A stretch of 63,144 nucleotides of DNA, the filler included. It is 7 parts of 7 records of this genome, joined end to end, with 100 filler letters (N's around TTAATTAATTAA, not from the genome) between each part and the next. Parts side by side here need not be neighbours in the genome. Positions count along the whole stretch, not along the records: positions 1 to 15,242 come from SRR31156797_7976; 6 more parts are not named here. The stretch is one strand, 5' to 3'. The position numbers and the translations under genes were made by a program. Below are positions 1 through 9,065 of the stretch, in pieces (position 1 is the stretch's first letter; every line of letters starts with the position of its first letter). The notes below the pieces were generated by a model. That model saw only the letters and a program-made list of their open reading frames with translations. It did not search any database and was not told the DNA's origin.

Positions 1-1
1 C

Positions 2-1933
2 ATCGGTATTGTTGTTGATGACGCCATTGTTGTGGTTGAGGCAGTGCAGTCCAAGATTGATGAGGAGGGCATGGATGCCAAGACGGCTACCAAGGAGGCC
101 ATGAAAGAGGTTTCCGGGCCGATTGTGGCGACCACTGCAGTGCTTATCGCCGTATTCGTGCCAGTGGCCTTTATGGGTGGTATTTCCGGACAGCTTTACA
201 AGCAGTTTGCGCTGACCCTCGCGGTTTCTGTTGCCATTTCGTCCGTTAATGCGCTGACATTTTCCCCGGCCATGTCCGCCTTGCTGCTGCGCCCGCAACA
301 GGATATGCGCGGTCCGCTGGGCTGGTTTTTCAAAAAATTTAATAAATACTTCAGTAAAGTAACATCCGGGTATACTTCAGGGGTCCGCCTTATCCTGCGC
401 AAATCGATTGTTGCGCTGGGTATTTTCGGGGTGCTCATGTTCGGAACCTATTCCCTGTTCCAGACTGTGCCCACGGGATTTGTTCCTAATGAGGACCAGG
501 GGTACTTCATGATCAACGTGCAGTTGCCTGAAGGTGCTTCCCTTGAACGTTCGGATGCGGTGGTAAAGCAGGTTGAAGAGATTTTGAAGAATGAAGCCGG
601 GGTTAAGGACTTTTTCGCCCTTGGCGGATTCAACCTGATTACAGCTGCTTATTCATCCTACACCTCGACCCTTTTTGCCATTCTTGATCCTTGGGATGAG
701 CGAACCGACCCGCAATTGCATGTAAATTCCATTTTGCAAAAGGTTCAGCAGAAGGTCTTCGGTATTCAGGAGGCCATGATTATCTGCTTTAACCCGCCGC
801 CCATTAACGGTATCGGTTCCACTGGCGGATTGCAGTTTGAACTGCAGGACCGTTCCGGCGGAACAGTGGAAGAACTGGCGCAGGCTGCACAGGATTATAT
901 GGCCGAGTTGCGCAAGCATCCCGAGCTTACCGGAATATTCTCCACTTTCAGTGCCAATGTGCCGCAGCTCTTTGTTGATGTTGACCGTGACAAGGTCCGC
1001 AAGCTGGGTATTCCGCTTAATGAAGTGTTCACAGCAATGCAGACCTTTCTTGGCGGATATTACATTAACGATTTCAACAAGTACGGCAGGACCTATAGGG
1101 TCATGGCTCAGGCGGACTCCCAGTTCAGGACAAGCCCTGAGGATGTTTCCAAGTTTTACGTACGCGGAAATACCGGGAAGATGATTCCCCTTTCCACTCT
1201 GCTTAACCAGGAGAAAATCTTCGGACCGGAATATATTCAGCGTTACAATCTCTTCCGGGCCATTGAGATAACAGCCTCCAACGCTCCGGGCTACAGTACC
1301 GGGCAGGCCATGGCGGTAATGGAAAAAGTTGCTCGCGACACCCTGCCCAGAGGCTATGGTTTTGACTGGACCAACATTGCCTATCAGGAGAAAAAGTCAG
1401 GCGGAGAGGTTGTCGTGATCTTTGCGTTGGCAGTTATGATGGTCTTCCTCGTGCTTGCCGCGCAGTATGAAAGCTGGATTATTCCGCTGGCAATTGTTTT
1501 TGCGGTACCGCTGGGTGTGTTCGGGGCTATCTCCGGGCAGTTCCTGCGTGGTCTGGATAACAACGTCTATGCCCAGATCGGTCTGATTATGCTGATTGGT
1601 CTTGCGGCCAAGAACGCAATTCTGATTGTTGAATTCGCCAAGGCCAAGTATGAGCAGGGAGCTTCCCTTGTGGATGCTGCCGTGCAGGCTGCGCAATTGC
1701 GTTTCCGGCCTATTCTGATGACTTCTTTTGCGTTTATCCTCGGTGTAGTGCCGCTGGTTATTGCACAGGGAGCAGGTTCAGCCAGTCGTCATGCTCTCGG
1801 AACTTCGGTGTTTGCTGGTATGATCGCAGCTACAATTCTCGGGGTGCTTTTTGTGCCGCTATTCTACGTGACATTGATCAAGATTCAGAACAGGAAGGGA
1901 ACTGTCGATAAGACAGACTCTCCTGATGATTAG
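2..1933 (+). CDS. RND efflux permease, HAE1 (AcrB/MexB) family; 5' truncated by window edge
   Basis: Frame is open from position 2 (IGIVVDDAIVVVE). Also has GLAAKNAILIVEFA and RFRPILMTSFAFILGVVPL, the AcrB-family signatures. Confidence 0.95.
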   Translation: MGIVVDDAIVVVEAVQSKIDEEGMDAKTATKEAMKEVSGPIVATTAVLIAVFVPVAFMGGISGQLYKQFALTLAVSVAISSVNALTFSPAMSALLLRPQQDMRGPLGWFFKKFNKYFSKVTSGYTSGVRLILRKSIVALGIFGVLMFGTYSLFQTVPTGFVPNEDQGYFMINVQLPEGASLERSDAVVKQVEEILKNEAGVKDFFALGGFNLITAAYSSYTSTLFAILDPWDERTDPQLHVNSILQKVQQKVFGIQEAMIICFNPPPINGIGSTGGLQFELQDRSGGTVEELAQAAQDYMAELRKHPELTGIFSTFSANVPQLFVDVDRDKVRKLGIPLNEVFTAMQTFLGGYYINDFNKYGRTYRVMAQADSQFRTSPEDVSKFYVRGNTGKMIPLSTLLNQEKIFGPEYIQRYNLFRAIEITASNAPGYSTGQAMAVMEKVARDTLPRGYGFDWTNIAYQEKKSGGEVVVIFALAVMMVFLVLAAQYESWIIPLAIVFAVPLGVFGAISGQFLRGLDNNVYAQIGLIMLIGLAAKNAILIVEFAKAKYEQGASLVDAAVQAAQLRFRPILMTSFAFILGVVPLVIAQGAGSASRHALGTSVFAGMIAATILGVLFVPLFYVTLIKIQNRKGTVDKTDSPDD

Positions 1934-1950
1934 CCGATAATTTAAATTCT

Positions 1951-1992
1951 AAAAAAAGACCCCGCCGGAGAATTCCGGCGGGGTCTTTTTTT
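1951..1992. terminator. Bidirectional intrinsic terminator
   Basis: A7-GACCCCGCCGGA / TCCGGCGGGGTC-T7 inverted repeat between convergent genes. Confidence 0.9.
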
Positions 1993-2021
1993 AGGTAATG
2001 ATTTCAAAGGGGATTCTTCTC

Positions 2022-2660
2022 TTATCGTTGTTTTCTGCTTCTCGGGAATAAAAAGTAATGTGTCCAAATTGCGCAGGTAGTGCCGATGAAGCAGCCGAAT
2101 ATTACATCTGCGGGATAGTGCTTGCCCACGACAACTCGGCTGATTCCAACTAATATAGCAAGAATGAGCGGGATATATTTCTTGTGTGGCATAAGCAGGG
2201 CTATCGCTGTGGTTAACGAAAATATGCGCAGGGTGTGCCCTGAAGGAAAGGAATTATACATATATTTACCGGAAAACCAGGTAAAGCCGTATGAGCCGTC
2301 TTCAAAGAACAGTGGTGGACGGCAGCGTCCAAAGAGCCATTTCAGTTCGTCTCCAATGAGCATGGCGGTCATGGTTGAAAATGCCACCAGCAGCAAGGTC
2401 CGGGATCTCTTTTGAAGTCCACCCAGCATGGCGTCAATGCTTCCGCACAATAGGGCCAGAAATGAGATGGTTTGGATGACATGCTTGGAGGCAAGGTCGC
2501 TAAGCAGCTTACCCAGTGTGACCGCAAATGTTCCTTTTAATGTATGGGCCGCTTTGGCTATGGGCAGATCAAAGGATTGGTAAAAGAGAATAATGAGCAG
2601 CAGTGCAGCAAGCGCGCCTGCTGCTGTGTAAAGAGACAACCGTTTGGGATTGCCAATCAT
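2022..2660 (-). CDS. PAP2-family membrane phosphatase
   Basis: Motifs KxxxxxxRP (KWLFGRCRP), SFPSGH and SRxxxxxHxxxD (SRVVVGKHYPAD); several TM segments. Confidence 0.92.
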   Translation of the reverse strand: MIGNPKRLSLYTAAGALAALLLIILFYQSFDLPIAKAAHTLKGTFAVTLGKLLSDLASKHVIQTISFLALLCGSIDAMLGGLQKRSRTLLLVAFSTMTAMLIGDELKWLFGRCRPPLFFEDGSYGFTWFSGKYMYNSFPSGHTLRIFSLTTAIALLMPHKKYIPLILAILVGISRVVVGKHYPADVIFGCFIGTTCAIWTHYFLFPRSRKQR

Positions 2661-2675
2661 GGAAACTCCTCCTTG

Positions 2676-3863
2676 TCAGTTCTGCAGACTTCGGGGACAG
2701 GGATCAACCTCCAGTGGGTCGGCTGAAGGGGAGAGGGGGATTTCCACATAAAAATTGGTGCCGTCATCTTGTGATGAATCAAACCAGACTCTTCCCCGGA
2801 GATAATTTTCAGTGAACATTTTTACACTGTAAGTGCCTAGTCCCCGTCCTTTCCCTTTGGTGGAGAAGGATTTTTTGAATATCTGGTGGGCAATCGTCAT
2901 GGGAATCGTTCCTTGATTGGAGACTGTAAATAGGGCGTGACCGTTTTTAGTTTCGACTTTGATTGCGACAGTGCTGTTTGCCGGAGAGGCTTCAATGGAG
3001 TTTTTAACCAGATTTTCAATTATGCGGTAAAGAATCCGTTTGTCGGTCATCAAGGCGATTTCTTCTACTTCAGATTTGAGGGAAATATTTTTGTCCTTTG
3101 CCATTTGACCGCCAGAGTAGAAGGTGCAGACTGACTCGATAATCTGTTTTACGATTACCGGTTCATTGTGAATCTCGAGCTGTCTGGTTTCAGCGGAGAT
3201 GAACAGTCTGTGGGCGTCAATTTCATTTGCCATGAATTTGGCCCGGTCAACGATCATCCCGGCAAGTTCGCGGTGTTCGCTTTTTACGGCATCTTCTTTG
3301 AGCAATGTCCCGGCGTTGGCAATTCCGTTTACCGCATTGAGCAGGTCATGAAGGAAAACCCGTTCCATCATTTCCTTGTGCTTGCTGTCTGAAATATCGG
3401 TTAGATGGATTATGAAATATTGTTCTTCCCTGATTTTTAAGGGCGATGCATTCACTTTGAATGTATATGCCTTGACCTTGCCGTCTACATTGGACAGCAG
3501 CATACATTCTTCCTCTGCCCTCTCTCCGGTCATGGCTGTCTGGATAGCTCGTAATGCTCCACATTGCACGCAGGGAACCGCGTCACCACACCTGCTTTTT
3601 TCTGAGTTGCAACAGCGGAGCAGTTCGCCGGGGCGACGGCCAAGAATCATATTTGCCCGTATTTCCCCGACCGCAGAGGAAAGGGTGTCGTTGTATTGAA
3701 TGATTCTTCTGTCGTTGTTGAGAATAAAGGCTGGGTTAGGTACGGAATTGATTAATTCCGCTGCAACGTCTTTCTTTATCCTTTCGTGTTGATCCAGAAT
3801 ATCCGGGCTGCAAGGATTGAAATCCTCTACCGGACAACCTTGGGAATATACGTCTTCGCTCAT
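2676..3863 (-). CDS. Cytoplasmic sensor histidine kinase with Cys-rich PAS-like domain
   Basis: H-box FLHDLLN, N-box ENLVKNSIEA, G2 GRGLG; N-terminal PAS-like region with C-x7-CG-x4-C-x2-C. Confidence 0.9.
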   Translation of the reverse strand: MSEDVYSQGCPVEDFNPCSPDILDQHERIKKDVAAELINSVPNPAFILNNDRRIIQYNDTLSSAVGEIRANMILGRRPGELLRCCNSEKSRCGDAVPCVQCGALRAIQTAMTGERAEEECMLLSNVDGKVKAYTFKVNASPLKIREEQYFIIHLTDISDSKHKEMMERVFLHDLLNAVNGIANAGTLLKEDAVKSEHRELAGMIVDRAKFMANEIDAHRLFISAETRQLEIHNEPVIVKQIIESVCTFYSGGQMAKDKNISLKSEVEEIALMTDKRILYRIIENLVKNSIEASPANSTVAIKVETKNGHALFTVSNQGTIPMTIAHQIFKKSFSTKGKGRGLGTYSVKMFTENYLRGRVWFDSSQDDGTNFYVEIPLSPSADPLEVDPCPRSLQN

Positions 3864-3887
3864 GCAATATCTCGTGGGGCTTTTGGG

Positions 3888-4322
3888 CTAGTGACCTTTA
3901 TAAAAAAGCAGAGAATTACCATCTCCTTCCATATAAAGCATGCCATTTCGTTCCTGCATGGTTTTAACCCTTTCCAAAGCCTGCATGAATTTGAATTCCT
4001 GTAGATTCATGTTCTTGGGGCATGCTTTGCGGGTCATGGCCAGCGGGCCGGTACTGAATTGTCCGTTCACATAAGTGTAGTCACCGCGAAAGCTGTTGCA
4101 GCCTCCGGAGCCGTAGATTTTACCGTTGCTGTCAAGGCGCATCCAGATATGGGCGAATCCTCCGATGGGTTTACCGTCAATATCTTCTGCAATCCATTTG
4201 GTGTTCGTGGGGTTTTCATAAACAGGATAGTAGGTCTGTTTTGGTGCGCAGCCTGAAAGAAGTATAAATGAGCAGACTGTTAAAAGCGGCAGAATAATTT
4301 TTTTCAAATTAGCTGTTTTCAT
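3888..4322 (-). CDS. META-domain (HslJ-like) lipoprotein
   Basis: Lipobox LSGC; GSGGCNSFRG...GPLAMTRKAC META pattern; GGAGG SD favours ATG 4322. Confidence 0.85.
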   Translation of the reverse strand: MKTANLKKIILPLLTVCSFILLSGCAPKQTYYPVYENPTNTKWIAEDIDGKPIGGFAHIWMRLDSNGKIYGSGGCNSFRGDYTYVNGQFSTGPLAMTRKACPKNMNLQEFKFMQALERVKTMQERNGMLYMEGDGNSLLFYKGH

Positions 4323-4406
4323 GAAAGGTTCCTCCATAGACTGAATTGTACTTTGAAATATCCCTTATTAACAGAAAAATATCAAAGAAATTACCGGAGA
4401 ACGTCC

Positions 4407-5165
4407 CTAGATACCGCAGAGCATATAGCCGAGGATAAGGCTGCATTTTTCAATGCAGGAAGGGTAAAATTGCTTATGTTGTTTTGTGCGGGAACGGTTC
4501 TCTTTACCGTAATAGAACTCTGCAATTCCCTGCGGTGTATAACCGTTGCAGGCAGCGAAGTTCAGCAATTTTGGGGCGCAGCAATCCCCGGTTCCGGTGG
4601 GGATTCCTTTTGAGCCATATATTATTTCGGGCATGGGCCGGGGTTCGGTGCGGAAATTATGGACTTTGTAGATGGCGTGGATTTCGCGCATCAAGTTTTG
4701 TGAGAGCTTTTTGCGCCGGGAAGAAAGGACAGCATAATCCGCAGTTCCGGGTGTAAGTTCGGCCATTTCACGGCCGATTCTCTTGATTTCCTTTTCTGTG
4801 GATTCGGTCAGGGTCTGAAATTCGTGCGGGTTGATAATCGGGCTTACCCAGCCGGGAATTTCCCAGTGTCCGTTGTACTGTCCGGAAAAAGCTTTTGCTG
4901 ACTGTTTACATCCATCATGGTCCAGATAGGTCATGATCCCGAACATCTGACCACGTGCATTGCCGAAAAGGTAGTCGGTTGAAAAATCAGGGTTGCTTTT
5001 TTCCGGGGGCAGGTCAAAGTCTGTGCGTTTTTCGCTGTCCAGTTTCTGCATTAATTCAAGGCAGAGATGTACCGTTTTTCCCGGACCTAAGGTGTGGGTG
5101 GTTTGGCACCGGGAGCAGTACCCGGAGCAGGATATGTTGCTTTCAAATATTTCCGTGCCGTGCAT
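4407..5165 (-). CDS. Stand-alone homolog of the N-terminal (deaminase) region of TrcP/long RluA-type proteins
   Basis: Motifs GQMFG, AFSG, GTGDCCAPKLL, AEFYYG, FYPSCIEKC, ILGYML; no pseudouridine-synthase domain follows. ATG 5165 preferred because 5190-5220 is the greA terminator hairpin. Confidence 0.7.
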   Translation of the reverse strand: MHGTEIFESNISCSGYCSRCQTTHTLGPGKTVHLCLELMQKLDSEKRTDFDLPPEKSNPDFSTDYLFGNARGQMFGIMTYLDHDGCKQSAKAFSGQYNGHWEIPGWVSPIINPHEFQTLTESTEKEIKRIGREMAELTPGTADYAVLSSRRKKLSQNLMREIHAIYKVHNFRTEPRPMPEIIYGSKGIPTGTGDCCAPKLLNFAACNGYTPQGIAEFYYGKENRSRTKQHKQFYPSCIEKCSLILGYMLCGI

Positions 5166-5274
5166 GTGAACGCCCGCTAATGATGATAAAAACGGGGATG
5201 CGCCATGGCACACCCCCGTTAATTGTATTAATTCAGAACCTGCGGCCCTGTTACTGGCTGACGGAAAACCTGTT

Positions 5275-5760
5275 TTATTGGGAAATAGGTCCGTTAAAAA
5301 TTATGGAGACAATTCCGTATTCGATTTTGCCTTTGGGTGCGTTGACTATAACTTCATCGCCTTCAATTTTACCGAGCAGGGCTTTACCAACCGGGGATTC
5401 AATGGAGATGATACCTTTTTTGAAATCGCTCTCATCAGGTCCCATGATGGTGTAAGTCTTTTCGTCGCCGGTATCGATGTCTTCGAGAGTCACAGTTGCT
5501 CCGAAGGTGATCTTTTCTCCGCCGAGGGTGGTCATGTCTACAACGTTGAACTGGGGAATGCGGGACTCAATGTAATTGATTTTCGCTTCAAGCATTCCCT
5601 GTCTTTCACGGGCTGCGTGGTAACCGCCGTTTTCTTTCAGGTCGCCTTCTTCACGGGCTTCCGCAATGGCTTTGATTACTTCAGGGCGCTCTTTTTTCAG
5701 AGTTGCCAGCTCCGCTTTGATTTTTGCAAATCCTTCTTTTGAAATGGGTATATTGCTCAT
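5275..5760 (-). CDS. greA: Transcription elongation factor GreA
   Basis: AREEGDLKENGGYHAARE and ISIESPVGKALLGK motifs. Confidence 0.97.
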   Translation of the reverse strand: MSNIPISKEGFAKIKAELATLKKERPEVIKAIAEAREEGDLKENGGYHAARERQGMLEAKINYIESRIPQFNVVDMTTLGGEKITFGATVTLEDIDTGDEKTYTIMGPDESDFKKGIISIESPVGKALLGKIEGDEVIVNAPKGKIEYGIVSIIFNGPISQ

Positions 5761-6162
5761 TCCATAAACCTCAAATTATTCCGTCGTTGTCAATAAAAAT
5801 GCAGCCACTGCCGAAAATGCTTTTACGGAAGTGAAGCTGCTTTGGGTACAGGTTGCAGGGCAACCAATCAGTTGCTGAAAGTTCTGGGTAGAACATCCTT
5901 TGAACTAGGTCAAGTCGCTTTTGACATTAGATGGCTGGTTTGACTTTTTTTGCAATCTTAAGAGTATGTTGTCGCGTAGAATAATGTTTTGTAATTTTCA
6001 TTTAATACCGCTGTAAGGTTTCATAATTTATAATTGTAGCAGTAATAAATTGGTTTTATTGAAAGTTTTTTATGGAAAAAACGAGCTTTTTTTTATTGAT
6101 TTTTACGGATAAATAAAACTTTGTATTGAATTTTTATATATTATGTTTGAGAGGGTGTTGCG

Positions 6163-7353
6163 GTGGCGGATGATATCAAAATTATTAAAAAGAAAGACGT
6201 TAAACCGGGAATGTACGTCCAGAGCTACGGAGCCGGGACTTTTCAAGATCCTCTGGTTGAGGTCGGTAAATATATTGAGTCATACGAGGATATTGCTAAG
6301 TATCTACCTGATGATACCGAAAAGGTAGAGATAATAAGCGGTAAAGTCCTGCCGAATATGGGGTATGCTTGTGATAAAGGTGCAATGACCGCCGAAGACG
6401 CAGCCCGGAATATGGCTGACGCCTTACCTGAAGCGCGTAGGGTTCATGAAGAAGCTCTGAATTATGCCCGTAAGTTTATAGATGACGTGCGTAAGGGCAA
6501 GACCGTGGCTGTTGAAGACGCCGCACCCATCGTCGGCGAGGTTATTGATAGTCTGACAACCAATGAACCTGCTGCTCTGACCCTCGCTTTTTTAAAGAGA
6601 TATGATGAGTACACCTATACTCACAGTATTAATGTAAACCTTTATTCTTTGTTACTGGGTAAGGCTCTTGGGTTGCAGCGTGAGGAGCTTGAAATGCTCG
6701 GTATTGCAGCCTTGTTTCATGATGTGGGTAAAGGGCGCATTCCCAACACGGTCCTTAATAAGCCTGGTAAGCTTACAGATTCTGAATATGAAGTAATGAA
6801 AAGCCATTCACAGAAAGGACTGGACGTTTTGAAAGGAGTTGAGGGGCTAGACCGTGCTGTTTTGCGAGGTGTGGTCGAGCACCATGAACGGTTTGACGGA
6901 AACGGTTACCCCAAAGGGGTCAAGGGGGATGATATTCATCCTTTTGGACGGATTATTGCCATCAGCGATGTCTATGATGCTTTGACCAGTGTCCGAGTAT
7001 ATAAAAAAGCCATAACCCCGGCCAAGACCTTGAGCCAGATGTATAAATGGAAGGGAACTGATTTCGATCCTGCCTATTTGAATCGTTTTATCCGGGTGAT
7101 GGGTATTTATCCTCCGGGAACCATGGTCCAGCTGGATGATTTACGCTTTGCTCTTGTGCTGGAAACGAATGAGACCAAACCCCGGCATCCCAAGGTTAAA
7201 GTGTTGTTTAATAGCAAGATGCAGCCTATTTTGTCTGAATGCCTTGATCTAGCCACTTATGAAAAGGGTGGTCAGAAAGTTCAGGTTATGCGCCAGCCAG
7301 ATCCTCAGTCCTTAGGGGTCGACATGCAGCAACTTTCACGTTTTTTAGTCTAA
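6163..7353 (+). CDS. HD-GYP domain c-di-GMP phosphodiesterase (DUF3391-like N-terminus)
   Basis: YTYTHSINV, FHDVGK, HHERFDGNGYP and DVYDALTS motifs. Confidence 0.93.
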   Translation: MADDIKIIKKKDVKPGMYVQSYGAGTFQDPLVEVGKYIESYEDIAKYLPDDTEKVEIISGKVLPNMGYACDKGAMTAEDAARNMADALPEARRVHEEALNYARKFIDDVRKGKTVAVEDAAPIVGEVIDSLTTNEPAALTLAFLKRYDEYTYTHSINVNLYSLLLGKALGLQREELEMLGIAALFHDVGKGRIPNTVLNKPGKLTDSEYEVMKSHSQKGLDVLKGVEGLDRAVLRGVVEHHERFDGNGYPKGVKGDDIHPFGRIIAISDVYDALTSVRVYKKAITPAKTLSQMYKWKGTDFDPAYLNRFIRVMGIYPPGTMVQLDDLRFALVLETNETKPRHPKVKVLFNSKMQPILSECLDLATYEKGGQKVQVMRQPDPQSLGVDMQQLSRFLV

Positions 7354-7476
7354 ATTATATAAGATATTAATTGGCAGCCGTAATCAGATTATTCTGTTTA
7401 CGGCTTTTTTTGTCAGTTATTTCAGTGTAATGATGTTGTTTCTGTGAAAAGGTGAATGTTAGTTCGACTTTTTGGC

Positions 7477-7505
7477 TTGACTTAAGATGAACTAAGGTTC
7501 ATTTT
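7477..7505 (+). promoter_or_regulatory. Putative sigma70 promoter overlapped by a palindromic (TetR-type) operator
   Basis: TTGACT at 7477, then ATGAAC-TAAG-GTTCAT palindrome at 7487-7502, upstream of the methyltransferase-tetR pair. Confidence 0.55.
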
Positions 7506-7529
7506 ATAAAAAAGTGGAGGTAAATAGTT

Positions 7530-8111
7530 ATGGCAAAAGATTCTAAGAACAACGATAGCATGCACGTCTGTCCGTGGTGGGTGGCTTATACTTTTGACAA
7601 CAAACTGCGCAGGGTGATTGATCCCGCTGAAAAGGCTCTTGGGCAATGGGTACGTCCGGGAATGAGTGTGCTGGATTTCGGTTGCGGTTTGGGGCATTAT
7701 TCCATCGGTGCGGCGAAGCTGGTGGGCAATGAAGGCAAAGTGATTGCAGTTGATTTGCAGGAAAAGATGCTTGAAATTGCCTCCAAAAGAGCCTGTAAAG
7801 CCGGTGTAGACGGGATTATCTCCCTGCATCAGTGTACAGCAGAGAGAATCGGGTATTCGGGCAAGGTTGATTTTGTTATTGCCGGGAATGTAATTCATGA
7901 AACTCAGGATCAACGTGGAGCTTTGCAGGAAATTTTCAATTTACTCGTCCCTGGGGGCGGCTTTCTTCTTACTGAGCCGCGCAACCATGTCAGGGCTGAT
8001 TTTTTTGAGCAGGAATTGAACACTGCTCTTGAAATCGGTTTTGAAGTGAATAAGTTGCCGCCATCTTTTATGGCCCGTAAGGCTTATTTGCGTAAACCTG
8101 AAACTTATTAA
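7530..8111 (+). CDS. Class I SAM-dependent methyltransferase
   Basis: VLDFGCGLG motif I, VIAVDLQ motif II, LVPGG. Confidence 0.9.
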   Translation: MAKDSKNNDSMHVCPWWVAYTFDNKLRRVIDPAEKALGQWVRPGMSVLDFGCGLGHYSIGAAKLVGNEGKVIAVDLQEKMLEIASKRACKAGVDGIISLHQCTAERIGYSGKVDFVIAGNVIHETQDQRGALQEIFNLLVPGGGFLLTEPRNHVRADFFEQELNTALEIGFEVNKLPPSFMARKAYLRKPETY

Positions 8112-8127
8112 ATTTTAAAGGATCAAG

Positions 8128-8745
8128 ATGATACGCAAGCATGGAAACTTCGAACCTGTGCAAGACAGGGCGGATGTGACCAGAAATGATATCTTGGAAG
8201 CGGCTCTGGAGGTCTTTTCTGAAAAGGGGTACGCCGGAGCCAATACCAAAAACATTGCCGCCGCTGCCGGGGTCGCCACCGGATCAGTATACCGCTACTT
8301 TAAGAATAAAAAGGTGATCTTCATTGAAGTAATGAACATGCTTCAAGGTCGGATGAGTTTTGATATCTTTGCCAAGGCCCGAACCACGCTTGATGAAGGT
8401 AAGCCGTTTCGTGAGGCTTTGCGCATGCTGGGAGTTTATTCTGTTGAGTCACATCGCAGCAACCGTATGTTTTTTCGCGAAGTAATGGCCCTTGAAGCCA
8501 CTGATGATGAAATTTCGGCTATTGGTCTTGAGCGGGACCGCAGGATTCGTGAAAAACTGCTGGGCTTTTTGGATTCTCAGAAGAGTCATCTAAAAGTGGA
8601 CGATCTTGAAGCTGCTGCCGAACTGGTTTATCTGGTGGTAGAAGAGGTCTCGCATCAAGCGGTTATCTTTGATTCCGACGTAGGTGAAGAGCGTCTGGTT
8701 TCCCAGATGGTGAGGATGCTTGAAGGATATCTGCTCGGTGTATAG
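8128..8745 (+). CDS. TetR/AcrR-family transcriptional regulator
   Basis: ILEAALEVFSEKGY...IAAAAGVATGSVYRYFKNK HTH. Confidence 0.93.
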   Translation: MIRKHGNFEPVQDRADVTRNDILEAALEVFSEKGYAGANTKNIAAAAGVATGSVYRYFKNKKVIFIEVMNMLQGRMSFDIFAKARTTLDEGKPFREALRMLGVYSVESHRSNRMFFREVMALEATDDEISAIGLERDRRIREKLLGFLDSQKSHLKVDDLEAAAELVYLVVEEVSHQAVIFDSDVGEERLVSQMVRMLEGYLLGV

Positions 8746-8765
8746 TTCCGGCTTTTATTGTCTCG

Positions 8766-9065
8766 TCATATAACAAATTCCATTTCAGCGAAGAGATTGT
8801 CTTCATCGTAGAGGCCCGGAAATCTGGTTGATATTTCGTTAATGGTTGCGAAATAAGCATCCCAGCCCAGAACCTGAGCCTCTTTTTTCTTATTCACAAA
8901 AATTTTAAATGTGGTTCCCTTGGGGCATTTGGTCATGTTGAGTTCCAGTACCCCCGCCTTGGTTGTTTCCAGCCAGACCGCCGACCATGCCGTGCGGTCG
9001 CCTTCTGTTTTTTTGTATTTTTCAAAGTAGGCTTCAAATATTCTCTCGACCTCTTCTCGATTCAT
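8766..9065 (-). CDS. Hypothetical protein (99 aa)
   Basis: Clean ORF with AAGGAG SD and protein-like composition; no family recognised. Confidence 0.7.
   Translation of the reverse strand: MNREEVERIFEAYFEKYKKTEGDRTAWSAVWLETTKAGVLELNMTKCPKGTTFKIFVNKKKEAQVLGWDAYFATINEISTRFPGLYDEDNLFAEMEFVI

Noticed and set aside
7482-7913. 143-aa minus-strand ORF, and other short ORFs overlapping called genes
   Set aside because: They are shadows of better-supported genes on the opposite strand or frame and have no motif support.
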